64,000 bases of DNA, from positions 14,965 to 78,964 of the forward strand of contig JAACVK010000022.1 of NCBI GenBank assembly GCA_009991595.1, given 5' to 3'. Below, one piece after another: positions 16,528 through 26,272 of the stretch (positions are counted from its first letter, which is position 1; each line of letters opens with the position of its first letter). The notes below the pieces were generated by a model that saw nothing but the letters and a program-made list of their open reading frames with translations, did not search any database and was not told the origin of the DNA. The position numbers and the translations under genes are program-made. Source of the stretch: a bacterium (GTDB lineage Bacteria > Bdellovibrionota > UBA2428).

Positions 16528-19434
16528 CTACCTATAGTAAGGAGGCTGAGTTAATCGAGCCCGTATTGCCGCCGCATCATCTGCTTGCGGAAAAAGGTGA
16601 AGATACTTCTCAAAATTATCCTTGGCCAGTCCATATTGTCCCATACGGTCATATACGCGGCCTAGAATTCTATAGGCTTCAGCAACTTTATTGTTCTTAG
16701 CTAAGACTAACTTTGCGGTTTTTTCAGCATTATCAACGTCTTGCATTGCCCAGTAAGCCTGTGACAAACGCAACATCACTCGAGGATCACCACTTATTGT
16801 GTCTTCATACTTTTGAAAAAGCTCGGGCACCTGCTGGGGTAAATTAATTTCAAGCATAAATTCAGCAGCTTCAAGAAAGTTCCTTAAAACACTTGGCCGC
16901 AAATCAAGTTCTCTTTTATAAAACTCAAGGGCCTTATAGCGATCCCCACCCTTTCGGTAGGAACGAGCCACCTTCAAATACAAGTCCGGATAGTCGGGGT
17001 CATTTCGAGCAGCCGACAAGTAGTTTTGAGCGGCTTCAATGTATCGTTCCTTGGCAAAAAACATATCTGCAATTCGCACGCTGGCTTCTGTAGCACCGGG
17101 CCTAACTTTTTTTGCATCATTGTAAAAAAGCAAAGCCTCGTCCCATTTGCCCATTCGCTCATAAACGCTTCCAAGCAAGACCTTCAATTGATAAGCATGA
17201 GGAACTCTTCGAACATAATCCTTGGCAACTTCTAAGGCTTCTTGTGTTTTTCCAGCCTCATAAAGAGCAAAAACATATTCTTTTGCAATAAACACGTTTT
17301 GAGGATCGGCTTTAGTCGCTCGACCCAACTCACGAATGGCTTCACTCATTGGAAGTTTTGCCAAAATTCTACAGCGATAATACAAAAGCTCTGAAAGAAA
17401 ACGAATGGCGCCTCGTCCATGAATGCGGCCTAAGTTAGCGGCTTTCACACAATCATGGTTCTTCTCAACCTCAAAGAACGCTTTGGCTAAAAAGTAGTGC
17501 CCCATACCATCATTGGGAACATTCTTTCTATATCGCTGAAGTGTAGACACCGCCGCATCGAAATCTCTCCCATAAGTTAAAATAATTCCTTCATATTTAA
17601 TGGAGTCGCCTTTTGCTTTTGGATTCTGGACCATTTTGTCATGGAGCTGATAGGCCTCATCAAATCGAAAGTTCGCTGAATCAATCCATATTTTCGAACC
17701 TAATGCCTCTACGTTGGAAGGGTCTCTTTGTAAGATAAAACTGGCATCTCTGCTGGCTCTCTGCCAATCATTATAAAAAATTCCGTAATGTATAACGTGG
17801 ATCAAACTCTCGGAAGGATCGTCTAAAGCAAAAGATAGGTTCTCAAGAAAAGCAATATCCAAAAGATTGCTGGCCTTACGTTCAAGCTTTTTAATGATTT
17901 GGCCACTCATGTTCGAAACACTTAAGCCTTCAGATTCCAAATCCCAAAATTCTTTTGAATCTCCAACGTCCCCAGAAAGTAACAACTTAAAGTTCTCGAG
18001 CGCTTTCTTCTGAGGATCATCTCGCCCAAAGATTCCTTGAAATTGAGAATATTCCTTCCAAGCAACTGCCTGAAAGGCCATTGGGTATAGAGAAGCTATC
18101 GACAACAAGGACAGAAAAGCTTGTTGAGCCTTAGGTATTCCAGACGCACTCGCCCTCCAGTAGTATTCTGCAGCAGATAAGTTTCCAACAAATGATTGAG
18201 GGTCAAACTCTGCCAACTGTTCTAACAATTCCTCAGACTCCTGAGCTCCCTCTAACATTTCTTTACGAAGCTTAGACTGAATATCTAAATAGGGGTTCCC
18301 GTATTCTTTAATGTATAGCTGTGCAGGTTTGTTTCTTCCCTTATCTATAAACTCAATAAAGCTAATCTCATCTAAAAGCCAAGCAACATATTGATCTTGC
18401 TCAAGAGGACTCAAAATTTTGCGAGCTTCACTCCATTTTCCCTGAGCAAAGACCGGTATCACAGAAAGCAACGCTCTTTGCTCTTCATCTAAAAGAGATT
18501 TTTCATTAAGCCGATCTAGTATTTTTTCACCATAGGCGCGTAAAACATCTGCTTTTTTCCTGTCGGCCACTCCGATTGTTTCAGAAACCCAAAACAAATT
18601 CCAAACTCGCCTTGCCCAAAATGTGCTATTTGAAAAAAGAGCTTCTTCTTTTTCCATCGCAACTAAATCTTGAATCCACACATGGGCGCCAAATCCCAAA
18701 GGCAACGACCAACCCGTTGCGGGTGAAACTTCTCCCGGAAGTAGGTTCAAATCTATAGTTCCCAATGCGCCGAATCTATTCAGAGCATTGAAGTAATGAA
18801 GCTGACTATTGGCAGTGACTGAAAAACCTTTGGCATCAAGCTCCTTTATTCTGGGTCTTTCTAAAAGTAGAAAGAGACCTAACAGGCCCAAAGCCACCAA
18901 GGAAAAAACTAAAGGGCGGCTCCCTTTAACCCGAGTTTTTCTCTTGCCCTTCGAAGAAGAACTCTTCCCTGCTAAAGGGTTTTCTCTAACTTCGGTCTTC
19001 TCATCCTTATCGTCACTAAAGGAAGTTGAGCCTGATTTGTCGACCGAAGAACCCTCCAATTGTTCAATGTCCTCACTAAAAGGCATAAACGTCTTTGTTA
19101 CTAAAGAAGCGTCGCCTGTAACACGAGTTGCTTCGGCAGAATCTTCGTCTAGTGCATCTTCAAGACGATCCACCTTGGTGTCTTGATCCATTGCAGTTCT
19201 GGCTGTCTTTTTTCGTTTTTCAGTCCTATCTTCGATCGTCGACTGAATCTGATCAAAAAACTCCGGATCGCTACTTACAACTCTCCAACGGCCTTCTTCT
19301 AGAGAAAGCATTTCCTCTTCGCCTTGAATTTTCTTTAGACGAATAAACTTCAATACATCTGCGCGAGAATACGGCCCATAGATTTTGCCGCTTGGCATTT
19401 TGATTCTAAGAACTTTTCCTTCATCATCACTCAT
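16528..19434 (-). CDS. Membrane-anchored TPR protein with N-terminal GYF_2-like domain
   Basis: YGPYS...W motif at N-terminus, disordered linker, single TM (LVFSLVALGLLGLFLLL), many C-terminal TPR repeats. Confidence 0.75.
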   Translation of the reverse strand: MSDDEGKVLRIKMPSGKIYGPYSRADVLKFIRLKKIQGEEEMLSLEEGRWRVVSSDPEFFDQIQSTIEDRTEKRKKTARTAMDQDTKVDRLEDALDEDSAEATRVTGDASLVTKTFMPFSEDIEQLEGSSVDKSGSTSFSDDKDEKTEVRENPLAGKSSSSKGKRKTRVKGSRPLVFSLVALGLLGLFLLLERPRIKELDAKGFSVTANSQLHYFNALNRFGALGTIDLNLLPGEVSPATGWSLPLGFGAHVWIQDLVAMEKEEALFSNSTFWARRVWNLFWVSETIGVADRKKADVLRAYGEKILDRLNEKSLLDEEQRALLSVIPVFAQGKWSEARKILSPLEQDQYVAWLLDEISFIEFIDKGRNKPAQLYIKEYGNPYLDIQSKLRKEMLEGAQESEELLEQLAEFDPQSFVGNLSAAEYYWRASASGIPKAQQAFLSLLSIASLYPMAFQAVAWKEYSQFQGIFGRDDPQKKALENFKLLLSGDVGDSKEFWDLESEGLSVSNMSGQIIKKLERKASNLLDIAFLENLSFALDDPSESLIHVIHYGIFYNDWQRASRDASFILQRDPSNVEALGSKIWIDSANFRFDEAYQLHDKMVQNPKAKGDSIKYEGIILTYGRDFDAAVSTLQRYRKNVPNDGMGHYFLAKAFFEVEKNHDCVKAANLGRIHGRGAIRFLSELLYYRCRILAKLPMSEAIRELGRATKADPQNVFIAKEYVFALYEAGKTQEALEVAKDYVRRVPHAYQLKVLLGSVYERMGKWDEALLFYNDAKKVRPGATEASVRIADMFFAKERYIEAAQNYLSAARNDPDYPDLYLKVARSYRKGGDRYKALEFYKRELDLRPSVLRNFLEAAEFMLEINLPQQVPELFQKYEDTISGDPRVMLRLSQAYWAMQDVDNAEKTAKLVLAKNNKVAEAYRILGRVYDRMGQYGLAKDNFEKYLHLFPQADDAAAIRARLTQPPYYR

Positions 19435-20915
19435 CTAGCCATCAACTCAGCACTAGAGATTAAACCTTGAAGGTAAGTAAATCCAAACAACACAAGCAGC
19501 GAAAACACTGTTGCCGCAATAGCCGTCAAACTAGCTCCCGAAGATGAAGTCTCTGAATTTGTTTTTTTTGAATCAATTGCTGGATATAAAGCCATTGGAA
19601 CTAGAGATCTTAAATAGAAGCCTAGCCCTAAAAAGGTTCCAATCAATGCCACTGCTAACAGCAAAAATGCTGAATTTTTAGCAAGCACCGACAACAAAAC
19701 ATATTTTGTGAAAAACCCAGGAAGAGGTGGAATTCCAGCCAATGATAACAATGCAAATCCCAACAAAACTAGGTAAAATGGGCTCAACTTGGACTTGAGT
19801 TCCACAAAAGAATTAATTTCTAAATCATCGTCCATGCTTCTTCCCAATCGAAGCAATGCAATTTCATGAACAGCAAAACAGATCAAAACACTAAGCGCAT
19901 AGACCAACAAAAAGCCGATAACACTTGGTAGGACGCTCAAACCATTAGGCAAAACTAATGCGACAAAACCAGCATTCACAACTCCAGAGTAGGCCAACAT
20001 GCGCCTTAGTCGGCTTTGGGTAAGGGCCATGACGGCGCCCAAAACAACGCTCAAGACACCTAACAGTTTTACATATAATGAAACTCCCGGAATGTCCCAA
20101 AGTCCACATTCACTGAAAGCCAAAACAATCGACGAGAACACACTTAACTTCGTTGCTCCGGCCAAAAAAGAGGCAATGGGAGCTGGGGCTCCTTGATAAA
20201 CATCTGCCGCCCAGAAATGAAAAGGAAACAGAGAAACTTTAAAAGCTAATGAACTAAAAACAAGAGCAACGGCCGTAAAGCACAGAAATTGTTGGGGGCC
20301 AGCTGCGGCAGTCATTGCAACCGATATGGCTTCAAATTTGAAAGATCCACTCACAGCAAAGAACAAACTTATTCCGAGCAAAAAGAAACAGGATACAAAA
20401 GCCCCCATCATCAAATACTTCATCGAAGCCTCTAAGCTTTTTTCTCGATTTGAATACAATGCGCTTAACAAATAAGCCGGAATTGATAGCACCTCTAGAT
20501 AAACAAAAAATGCCACCCAATTTCGAGCTGTAGGCAACAAACACATCCCCAAAACACAAATTAGCAAGAGAGCTCCCCACTCAGAATGTCGAGCGTAATC
20601 GGGGCCTCGAACATAGAGAGAGCTCAAGGCAGCAATCAAACAAATTCCGCCAGCAACTATCCTCTCCATGGGCCCGAGCTCCATTGACGACCCCAAGAAA
20701 AAACGTCCTTGGCTTAACAAAGAAGCAAAAAATAATACAGCCGCCCCAGAAAGAAAGCTAAAACTCAAAGTACGTAAAACCAGGTCTTTCGCTCTCATAG
20801 AAGCTGCAACAACAAGCACAGCAATCCCTGCAAATAACAGAATAAAAGGAGAAAGGTTTTTCCAATCGTCCGGCCCTAAATAAAAGATACTCGAATCAAA
20901 AAAATCAATCGGCAT
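19431..20915 (-). CDS. nuoN: NADH-quinone oxidoreductase subunit N (arm 2)
   Basis: YLEVLS, EASMKY, FKVSLFPFHFW, ATK, LAYSG, GIPPLPGFFTK. Confidence 0.9.
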   Translation of the reverse strand: MPIDFFDSSIFYLGPDDWKNLSPFILLFAGIAVLVVAASMRAKDLVLRTLSFSFLSGAAVLFFASLLSQGRFFLGSSMELGPMERIVAGGICLIAALSSLYVRGPDYARHSEWGALLLICVLGMCLLPTARNWVAFFVYLEVLSIPAYLLSALYSNREKSLEASMKYLMMGAFVSCFFLLGISLFFAVSGSFKFEAISVAMTAAAGPQQFLCFTAVALVFSSLAFKVSLFPFHFWAADVYQGAPAPIASFLAGATKLSVFSSIVLAFSECGLWDIPGVSLYVKLLGVLSVVLGAVMALTQSRLRRMLAYSGVVNAGFVALVLPNGLSVLPSVIGFLLVYALSVLICFAVHEIALLRLGRSMDDDLEINSFVELKSKLSPFYLVLLGFALLSLAGIPPLPGFFTKYVLLSVLAKNSAFLLLAVALIGTFLGLGFYLRSLVPMALYPAIDSKKTNSETSSSGASLTAIAATVFSLLVLFGFTYLQGLISSAELMAR

Positions 20916-20918
20916 TCA

Positions 20919-22418
20919 TTACCTCAATATCTCGCCTTGAAGGTTATAGATTATTGTAGCGGAAGCTCGAGCTGTAACGGCAATCAAACCTTGTCCCCAA
21001 AAGCCGAGAACAATCATTGCTATAATCATCGGGATAATTGAACCCCACTCTGAAAAAGATAGTTTTATCGGGTGGCTTTTCAAGACAGAGGAGGTTTCTC
21101 CGTAAATCATTCCGCGAACAATTCGAAGCATATAAACAGCTCCTAATAAAATTCCAAAACACGCAAAGAAAGCAAACCATGGTGATAAAACAAAGGTTCC
21201 GTTCAAAATAAGAAATTCACCAATAAACCCAGGAAGGCCCGGAAGTCCAATGGAGGCCATTACGCTCAAAACAAAAAGCATAGAAAGCCGTGGGTTAACA
21301 ATTCCCAATCCACCGTAGTCAGACAACTCTCTAGTGTGGGTGCGGTCATAGATGATTCCAAAAATTAAAAACAATGCGCCCGTGCTCAAGCCATGGGCAA
21401 TGTTTTGAAACATAGCGCCCTGAAATCCCGCCAACTGAAAACTAAACAAACCCAAAAGCATAAAACCCAAATGGGCGACGGAAGAGTAAGCAATGGTGCG
21501 CTTAATGTCGGTTTGCCTAAGAGCTCCGTAACTTCCTAAAATTATCCCGGCCAAAGCCAAAACCTTCATCGTAAACGAAACAACATCCAAAACGGCGATA
21601 GAAGGAAACAAAGCCAAACACCAACGAGCAATCCCGTAGACGCCAAGCTTTAATAAAACGCCAGCCAAGATCACAGAAGCGCCAGTCGGAGCCTCCGTGT
21701 GCGCATCAGGAAGCCAAACATGAAGAGGCCAAGCTGGAATCTTCACCAAAAAAGCAATCAAAAAGCCGCAGAAAACCCAAAAACGTGGAGACCACAATCC
21801 ATCTCCCAACAAGCCCAACTGGGCAATCGAGTGCCAGCCCATACTTTGAATGTCGGGCTGCACCCACAAATATAGAATGGCAGCCAACATGGCCAAAGAG
21901 CCCAACATGGTGAAGGCAAAAAACTTCAGCGCAGCATAAACTCGGTTCTTAGAGCCCCAAATTCCAATCAGAAAGAACATTGGAATAAGCATGGCCTCCC
22001 AAAAGATATAAAAGACAAAGGCATCAGCAGCCATCAACGACCCAACGCTTGCTGCATTTAAAAGCGCAAACAAGGCTAAATAAGATGAGCTAAGTTTTTC
22101 TTTGCCTAGTGCATATAAAGACAAACAAAAACTTAAAAACACATTAAGGCCTATAAGCGGTAAATTTAAACCATCTAACCCTAAAGCAAAATTAGACTTA
22201 AGCAGTGGAAAGAAATCAGAATTGAAAACAATCGGGAACATCCCGTCAGCGGTGCTTGAACGCCAAAGCAAACAGCTTTGATACAAAAACCAAAACCACG
22301 GCAAATGAAAAACCATGTTTGCCCATTGAGCCGCCTTTTTGTTTTTTCTGAAAGTAAACAATAGAAAGGCGAAAATGGCTGGCCAAAAGATGAGCATAGC
22401 TGTGTTTATAGGGTCCAT
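20919..22418 (-). CDS. nuoM: NADH-quinone oxidoreductase subunit M (arm 2)
   Basis: FWEAML, VKIPAWPLHVWLPDAHTEAPT, LLKLG, FIGE; ATG 22418 chosen for its GGGAG SD. Confidence 0.95.
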   Translation of the reverse strand: MDPINTAMLIFWPAIFAFLLFTFRKNKKAAQWANMVFHLPWFWFLYQSCLLWRSSTADGMFPIVFNSDFFPLLKSNFALGLDGLNLPLIGLNVFLSFCLSLYALGKEKLSSSYLALFALLNAASVGSLMAADAFVFYIFWEAMLIPMFFLIGIWGSKNRVYAALKFFAFTMLGSLAMLAAILYLWVQPDIQSMGWHSIAQLGLLGDGLWSPRFWVFCGFLIAFLVKIPAWPLHVWLPDAHTEAPTGASVILAGVLLKLGVYGIARWCLALFPSIAVLDVVSFTMKVLALAGIILGSYGALRQTDIKRTIAYSSVAHLGFMLLGLFSFQLAGFQGAMFQNIAHGLSTGALFLIFGIIYDRTHTRELSDYGGLGIVNPRLSMLFVLSVMASIGLPGLPGFIGEFLILNGTFVLSPWFAFFACFGILLGAVYMLRIVRGMIYGETSSVLKSHPIKLSFSEWGSIIPMIIAMIVLGFWGQGLIAVTARASATIIYNLQGEILR

Positions 22419-24328
22419 AAGAAAATAGCTCCCACAATTAACGAAGACCAAAAAACAAAGTGCCAAGCGTAGGTCTGAACACTGCCAGTATGAAACAAAG
22501 CCAAGAGCCGTCCGCTTAAACGTGTAAAACGAAACGAACCATTGGCAAGTCCATTAAAGGTAGTCTCGTCTGAAATGCGATTGATAAACCTTCCCGCTTT
22601 CATGGACGGCTTAATTAAAAGCAATTCAAAAGCTTCATCTACATAAAACTTATTGGTGCTCCACTTGTGAAGCGGTTCCGGAAGTATCTTAAACTCCGGG
22701 TTCCTTTGATAGATCTTAAAGGAATAATAAGCCACGGTTAAAGACAGTACGCTAGTAATTAGCATCAACAACCACTCGGCTAGGTGTGACAAGTGAGCCT
22801 GCTCACCAACCCCTACACCATACCAAGAGGAATGAACCCAATCCGTAATTTTTGTGAAATGGCCAAAGACCTCGGGCAACTCTAACCAGCCAATAAAAAG
22901 AGAAAGAAAAGCAAGGACAACAAGCGGCATATACATTAGTGGGTCAGATTCATGAGCCTTTTGAGCATACTCACTTCGAGCGCCCCCCCAAAAGCACAAC
23001 GTGTAGGCCCTAAACATGTAGGCGGCAGTCAATAGAGCTGCGCCTAACAAAAGAATGTATCCAAACACACCCTGTGCAGCAAAAACCTTCGCTAAGATCA
23101 TGTCCTTTGAAAAAAAGCCTGCCGTCAAAGGGAAACCAATAATGGCCAAAGTTCCAATGAGAAAACAAACGTGAGTGATCTTCATTTTATCTTTTAACCC
23201 ACCCATTAATGACATCTCTTGTTTGTGATGCATACCATGGATGACAGATCCCGCCGCCAAAAACAAAAGAGCCTTAAAACAAGCATGAGTTATAACGTGG
23301 AAAAACGCGGCAGCTGGACTGCCCGCCCCAAGAGCAACAAACATAAAGCCAAGCTGACTGACTGTAGAATACGCTAATACTTTTTTCACATCGGTTTGGC
23401 TAACAGCAATTAAAGCAGCAAGCCAAGCAGTAGACATTCCAATCCAAAAAGCAGCATCTACAATCACTGGACTCATAGCAAAAAGTGGCCAGACTCTACA
23501 GATAAGGAATATGCCTGAAGTGACCATTGTTGCAGCGTGGATTAAGGCAGAAACGGGCGTAGGGCCAGCCATTGCATCTGGTAGCCAGATATACAGAGGA
23601 ATTTGAGCAGACTTTGCGGTTGCCGCCCAAAGCAAAGAGCCTGCAAAAGTATACCAAGCCCAGGTAGGAACCCCGCTGCTTAAAAAAGCATAATCATTAA
23701 CTCTTTCCGCCAAGCGACTAATGTCTCCAGTTTGAAAAAAGGAAAAGGCAACAAACAGTGCGATAAGAAAACCTATGTCGCCCACTCGATTTGTAATAAA
23801 GGCCTTCATGCCAGCGGCGGTGTTTTCAGGCTTCTTATACCAGTAGCCAATAAGCAGATAGGAACAAAGGCCAACTCCTTCCCATCCAAGAAAGACAACG
23901 GCCAAATTAGAGGCCAACACCAACACGAGCATTGCTGCAAGAAATAGATTCAAGTATGAGAAAAAGCGCCAAGGGCTCTCTTCCTCTGACAGATAAGAAA
24001 TAGAATAAATATGAATCAACGATCCAATGCCGGTAATAACCAAAAGCATAACTGAGGTAATAGAGGTTAGTTCTAAATTAAAAGGAACATAGACGTGCCC
24101 ACTACTCATCCACGTGAAAAGTGGATCAATCAAAAAGTTTTGCTCTGGCGCAGAATTCAGTCCAGATAACTGGGAACACGCTACAACACTAAACCCAAAT
24201 GCAACTAGACTGGCCAAAGTTGCAACCAAGCCTGAGATCTTTGCACTCTTATTTTGGAGAATCACTCCGTTGAGCACGGCGCCAAGCAAAGGGGCCAGTA
24301 AAATCCATCTCAATCCTTCAAAAATCAT
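22406..24328 (-). CDS. nuoL: NADH-quinone oxidoreductase subunit L (arm 2, normal lateral helix)
   Basis: GWEGVGLCSYLLIG, KSAQIP, WLPDAMAGPTPVSALIHAATMV, HACFKA, SKD. Confidence 0.97.
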   Translation of the reverse strand: MIFEGLRWILLAPLLGAVLNGVILQNKSAKISGLVATLASLVAFGFSVVACSQLSGLNSAPEQNFLIDPLFTWMSSGHVYVPFNLELTSITSVMLLVITGIGSLIHIYSISYLSEEESPWRFFSYLNLFLAAMLVLVLASNLAVVFLGWEGVGLCSYLLIGYWYKKPENTAAGMKAFITNRVGDIGFLIALFVAFSFFQTGDISRLAERVNDYAFLSSGVPTWAWYTFAGSLLWAATAKSAQIPLYIWLPDAMAGPTPVSALIHAATMVTSGIFLICRVWPLFAMSPVIVDAAFWIGMSTAWLAALIAVSQTDVKKVLAYSTVSQLGFMFVALGAGSPAAAFFHVITHACFKALLFLAAGSVIHGMHHKQEMSLMGGLKDKMKITHVCFLIGTLAIIGFPLTAGFFSKDMILAKVFAAQGVFGYILLLGAALLTAAYMFRAYTLCFWGGARSEYAQKAHESDPLMYMPLVVLAFLSLFIGWLELPEVFGHFTKITDWVHSSWYGVGVGEQAHLSHLAEWLLMLITSVLSLTVAYYSFKIYQRNPEFKILPEPLHKWSTNKFYVDEAFELLLIKPSMKAGRFINRISDETTFNGLANGSFRFTRLSGRLLALFHTGSVQTYAWHFVFWSSLIVGAIFLWTL

Positions 24329-24642
24329 CCCTTCAGTCTCCTGTAATCATCTAAAACAACTGAGCCAAAACGTCGGGAAAGAATAACAAAAATTGACAAA
24401 GCAATTGCAGCCTCAGCTGCGGCCACTAAAACAATAAACAAAAACAAGGAGGCCCCATCAGGCGAGGAGTGATGCTTAGAAAAGGTCATCAAGAACAAAT
24501 TCACACCATTAAGCATTAGCTCTAAACACATAAGAGCAATGAGCCCACTTCTTTTACAAAGAAACCCATAAGCTCCAATGGCAAATAGAGCAATTGAAAC
24601 AAAAACATGAAACTCAAGTTCTCCAACAGGAAGGGATATCAC
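24325..24642 (-). CDS. nuoK: NADH-quinone oxidoreductase subunit K (arm 2)
   Basis: ELMLNG and VAAAEAA conserved glutamates. Confidence 0.95.
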   Translation of the reverse strand: MISLPVGELEFHVFVSIALFAIGAYGFLCKRSGLIALMCLELMLNGVNLFLMTFSKHHSSPDGASLFLFIVLVAAAEAAIALSIFVILSRRFGSVVLDDYRRLKG

Positions 24643-25196
24643 GGCTCACCTCGCGATTCATTTGAAGGGCTTCTCACAGATTTCGCCAACATGATTACCC
24701 CTACAATCGCCGCTAATATTAAAAAACCGGTGGCCTGAAATGGAAGCATATATGTGCTTACAAAATTATATGAAATTGCTTTTGCCGAAAGCGCAGTCAA
24801 ATTACTTTCCTGAAGCCCCGGCTCAAAGAGTCCGGGAACAGCCAAAAGAGCGACAACAACAACAAACATCGCCGTTGCAGCAAAAGCTAGTAACGCAACA
24901 CCCTTTTGCCCAGGAATAGCCACACGCGATGGCTTTAGATCCAAAAGCATGACAATAAAAACAAACAAAACTGCTATGGCTCCTGCATAGATAAGTACTT
25001 GAACAACACCGGCAAAGTAGGCTCCTTTTGCAAAATATAAAAAGGCAGTTAAAAAGAGTGTCGCCATCAGGGACAATGCAGAACTCACTGCGCTTTTAGA
25101 ATGCACAACCCCAATAGCAGCGGCCAAGGCCAATATGCCCACAACCACCTGGAACAAATTAACTTGTCCCATTACAACTATACCCTCGCTCATCAA
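24639..25196 (-). CDS. nuoJ: NADH-quinone oxidoreductase subunit J (arm 2)
   Basis: QVLIYAGAIAVLFVFIVML; 5 TM. Confidence 0.93.
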   Translation of the reverse strand: MMSEGIVVMGQVNLFQVVVGILALAAAIGVVHSKSAVSSALSLMATLFLTAFLYFAKGAYFAGVVQVLIYAGAIAVLFVFIVMLLDLKPSRVAIPGQKGVALLAFAATAMFVVVVALLAVPGLFEPGLQESNLTALSAKAISYNFVSTYMLPFQATGFLILAAIVGVIMLAKSVRSPSNESRGEP

Positions 25197-26272
25197 TAAG
25201 CTCCTTTTTGTAGGAAGCTAAAGATCATGGTCCCAATTAAATTTATAGTTGCCAACGGTAGTAGCACTTTCCAGCCAAGACCAACTAGTTGGTCATATCG
25301 AAACCTTGGAAGAGTCCAACGAACCCAAACAAAGACAAACATGAAAAAGAATACTTTTGCAGCAAAGCTTACAGCAGATAAAGCAGACGCAACCCAAGTT
25401 GCTTGGTCGCCGTAAAGGCCTAAACCTTCGACGAAAGAAACCAGCTGGTCTGGTGAAACAAAGGGAATGTTGTATCCACCCAAAAACACTGTAGCCATAA
25501 GTGCAGAGGCTAAATACATCGCTGCATACTCACCCAGAAAAAACAGGCCAAACTTAAGCCCTGAATATTCTGTATGATAACCAGCCACAAGCTCTGTCTC
25601 TCCTTCTGGCAAATCGAAGGGAAGGCGATTGCATTCTGCAAAAACTGAAACCCACATGATAAGAAAAACCAAAGGCTGCATAAAAAAGCCCCAAAAGGCC
25701 AATCTAGACCCAGCCCCTTGTAACGTTACTATTTCACTCAAGTTTAGTGTGCCGTAGCTAACAACCAAGGAAACCAAACAAAGTCCGATAGCAACTTCAT
25801 AGCTAATCATTTGAGAGCCCGCACGAAGCGCCCCCATTAATGAAAATTTGTTATTAGAGGCCCATCCCGCAATCAACACCGCGAAAACGTGAAGGCTTGT
25901 TATTGCCAAAAGGAAAAGAAAGCTCAAATCGCTTTTCACGATCTGAACTGCAAAAGACTCTCCGTTAATTGTAAATGGTTGAGCTATGGGAATCATAGAA
26001 AAGCCAACGATTGGAGGTAGAATAGCTAAAACTGGTGCAAAGATAAAAAGAAATTTACTAGCGCGAGCGGGTTGGTTTTCTTCTTTAAAAACCATCTTAA
26101 TGGCATCCGCCATAGGCTGAAGAAGTCCGAAAGGCCCAACTCGATTCGGGCCTGTTCGCCTCTGCAACCAAGCAGAGCCTCTTCGCTCGACCATTAGGAT
26201 AACAGGGACCCCGGTCAATACGGCAACTCCAACTAGAGGAACTAAAAACAAAGACCACAAAAGAGGGGTCAT
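25193..26272 (-). CDS. nuoH: NADH-quinone oxidoreductase subunit H (arm 2)
   Basis: GPNRVGPFGLLQPMADAIK, QMISYE, NRLPFDLPEGETELVAGY, TLPRFRYDQL. Confidence 0.97.
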   Translation of the reverse strand: MTPLLWSLFLVPLVGVAVLTGVPVILMVERRGSAWLQRRTGPNRVGPFGLLQPMADAIKMVFKEENQPARASKFLFIFAPVLAILPPIVGFSMIPIAQPFTINGESFAVQIVKSDLSFLFLLAITSLHVFAVLIAGWASNNKFSLMGALRAGSQMISYEVAIGLCLVSLVVSYGTLNLSEIVTLQGAGSRLAFWGFFMQPLVFLIMWVSVFAECNRLPFDLPEGETELVAGYHTEYSGLKFGLFFLGEYAAMYLASALMATVFLGGYNIPFVSPDQLVSFVEGLGLYGDQATWVASALSAVSFAAKVFFFMFVFVWVRWTLPRFRYDQLVGLGWKVLLPLATINLIGTMIFSFLQKGAY

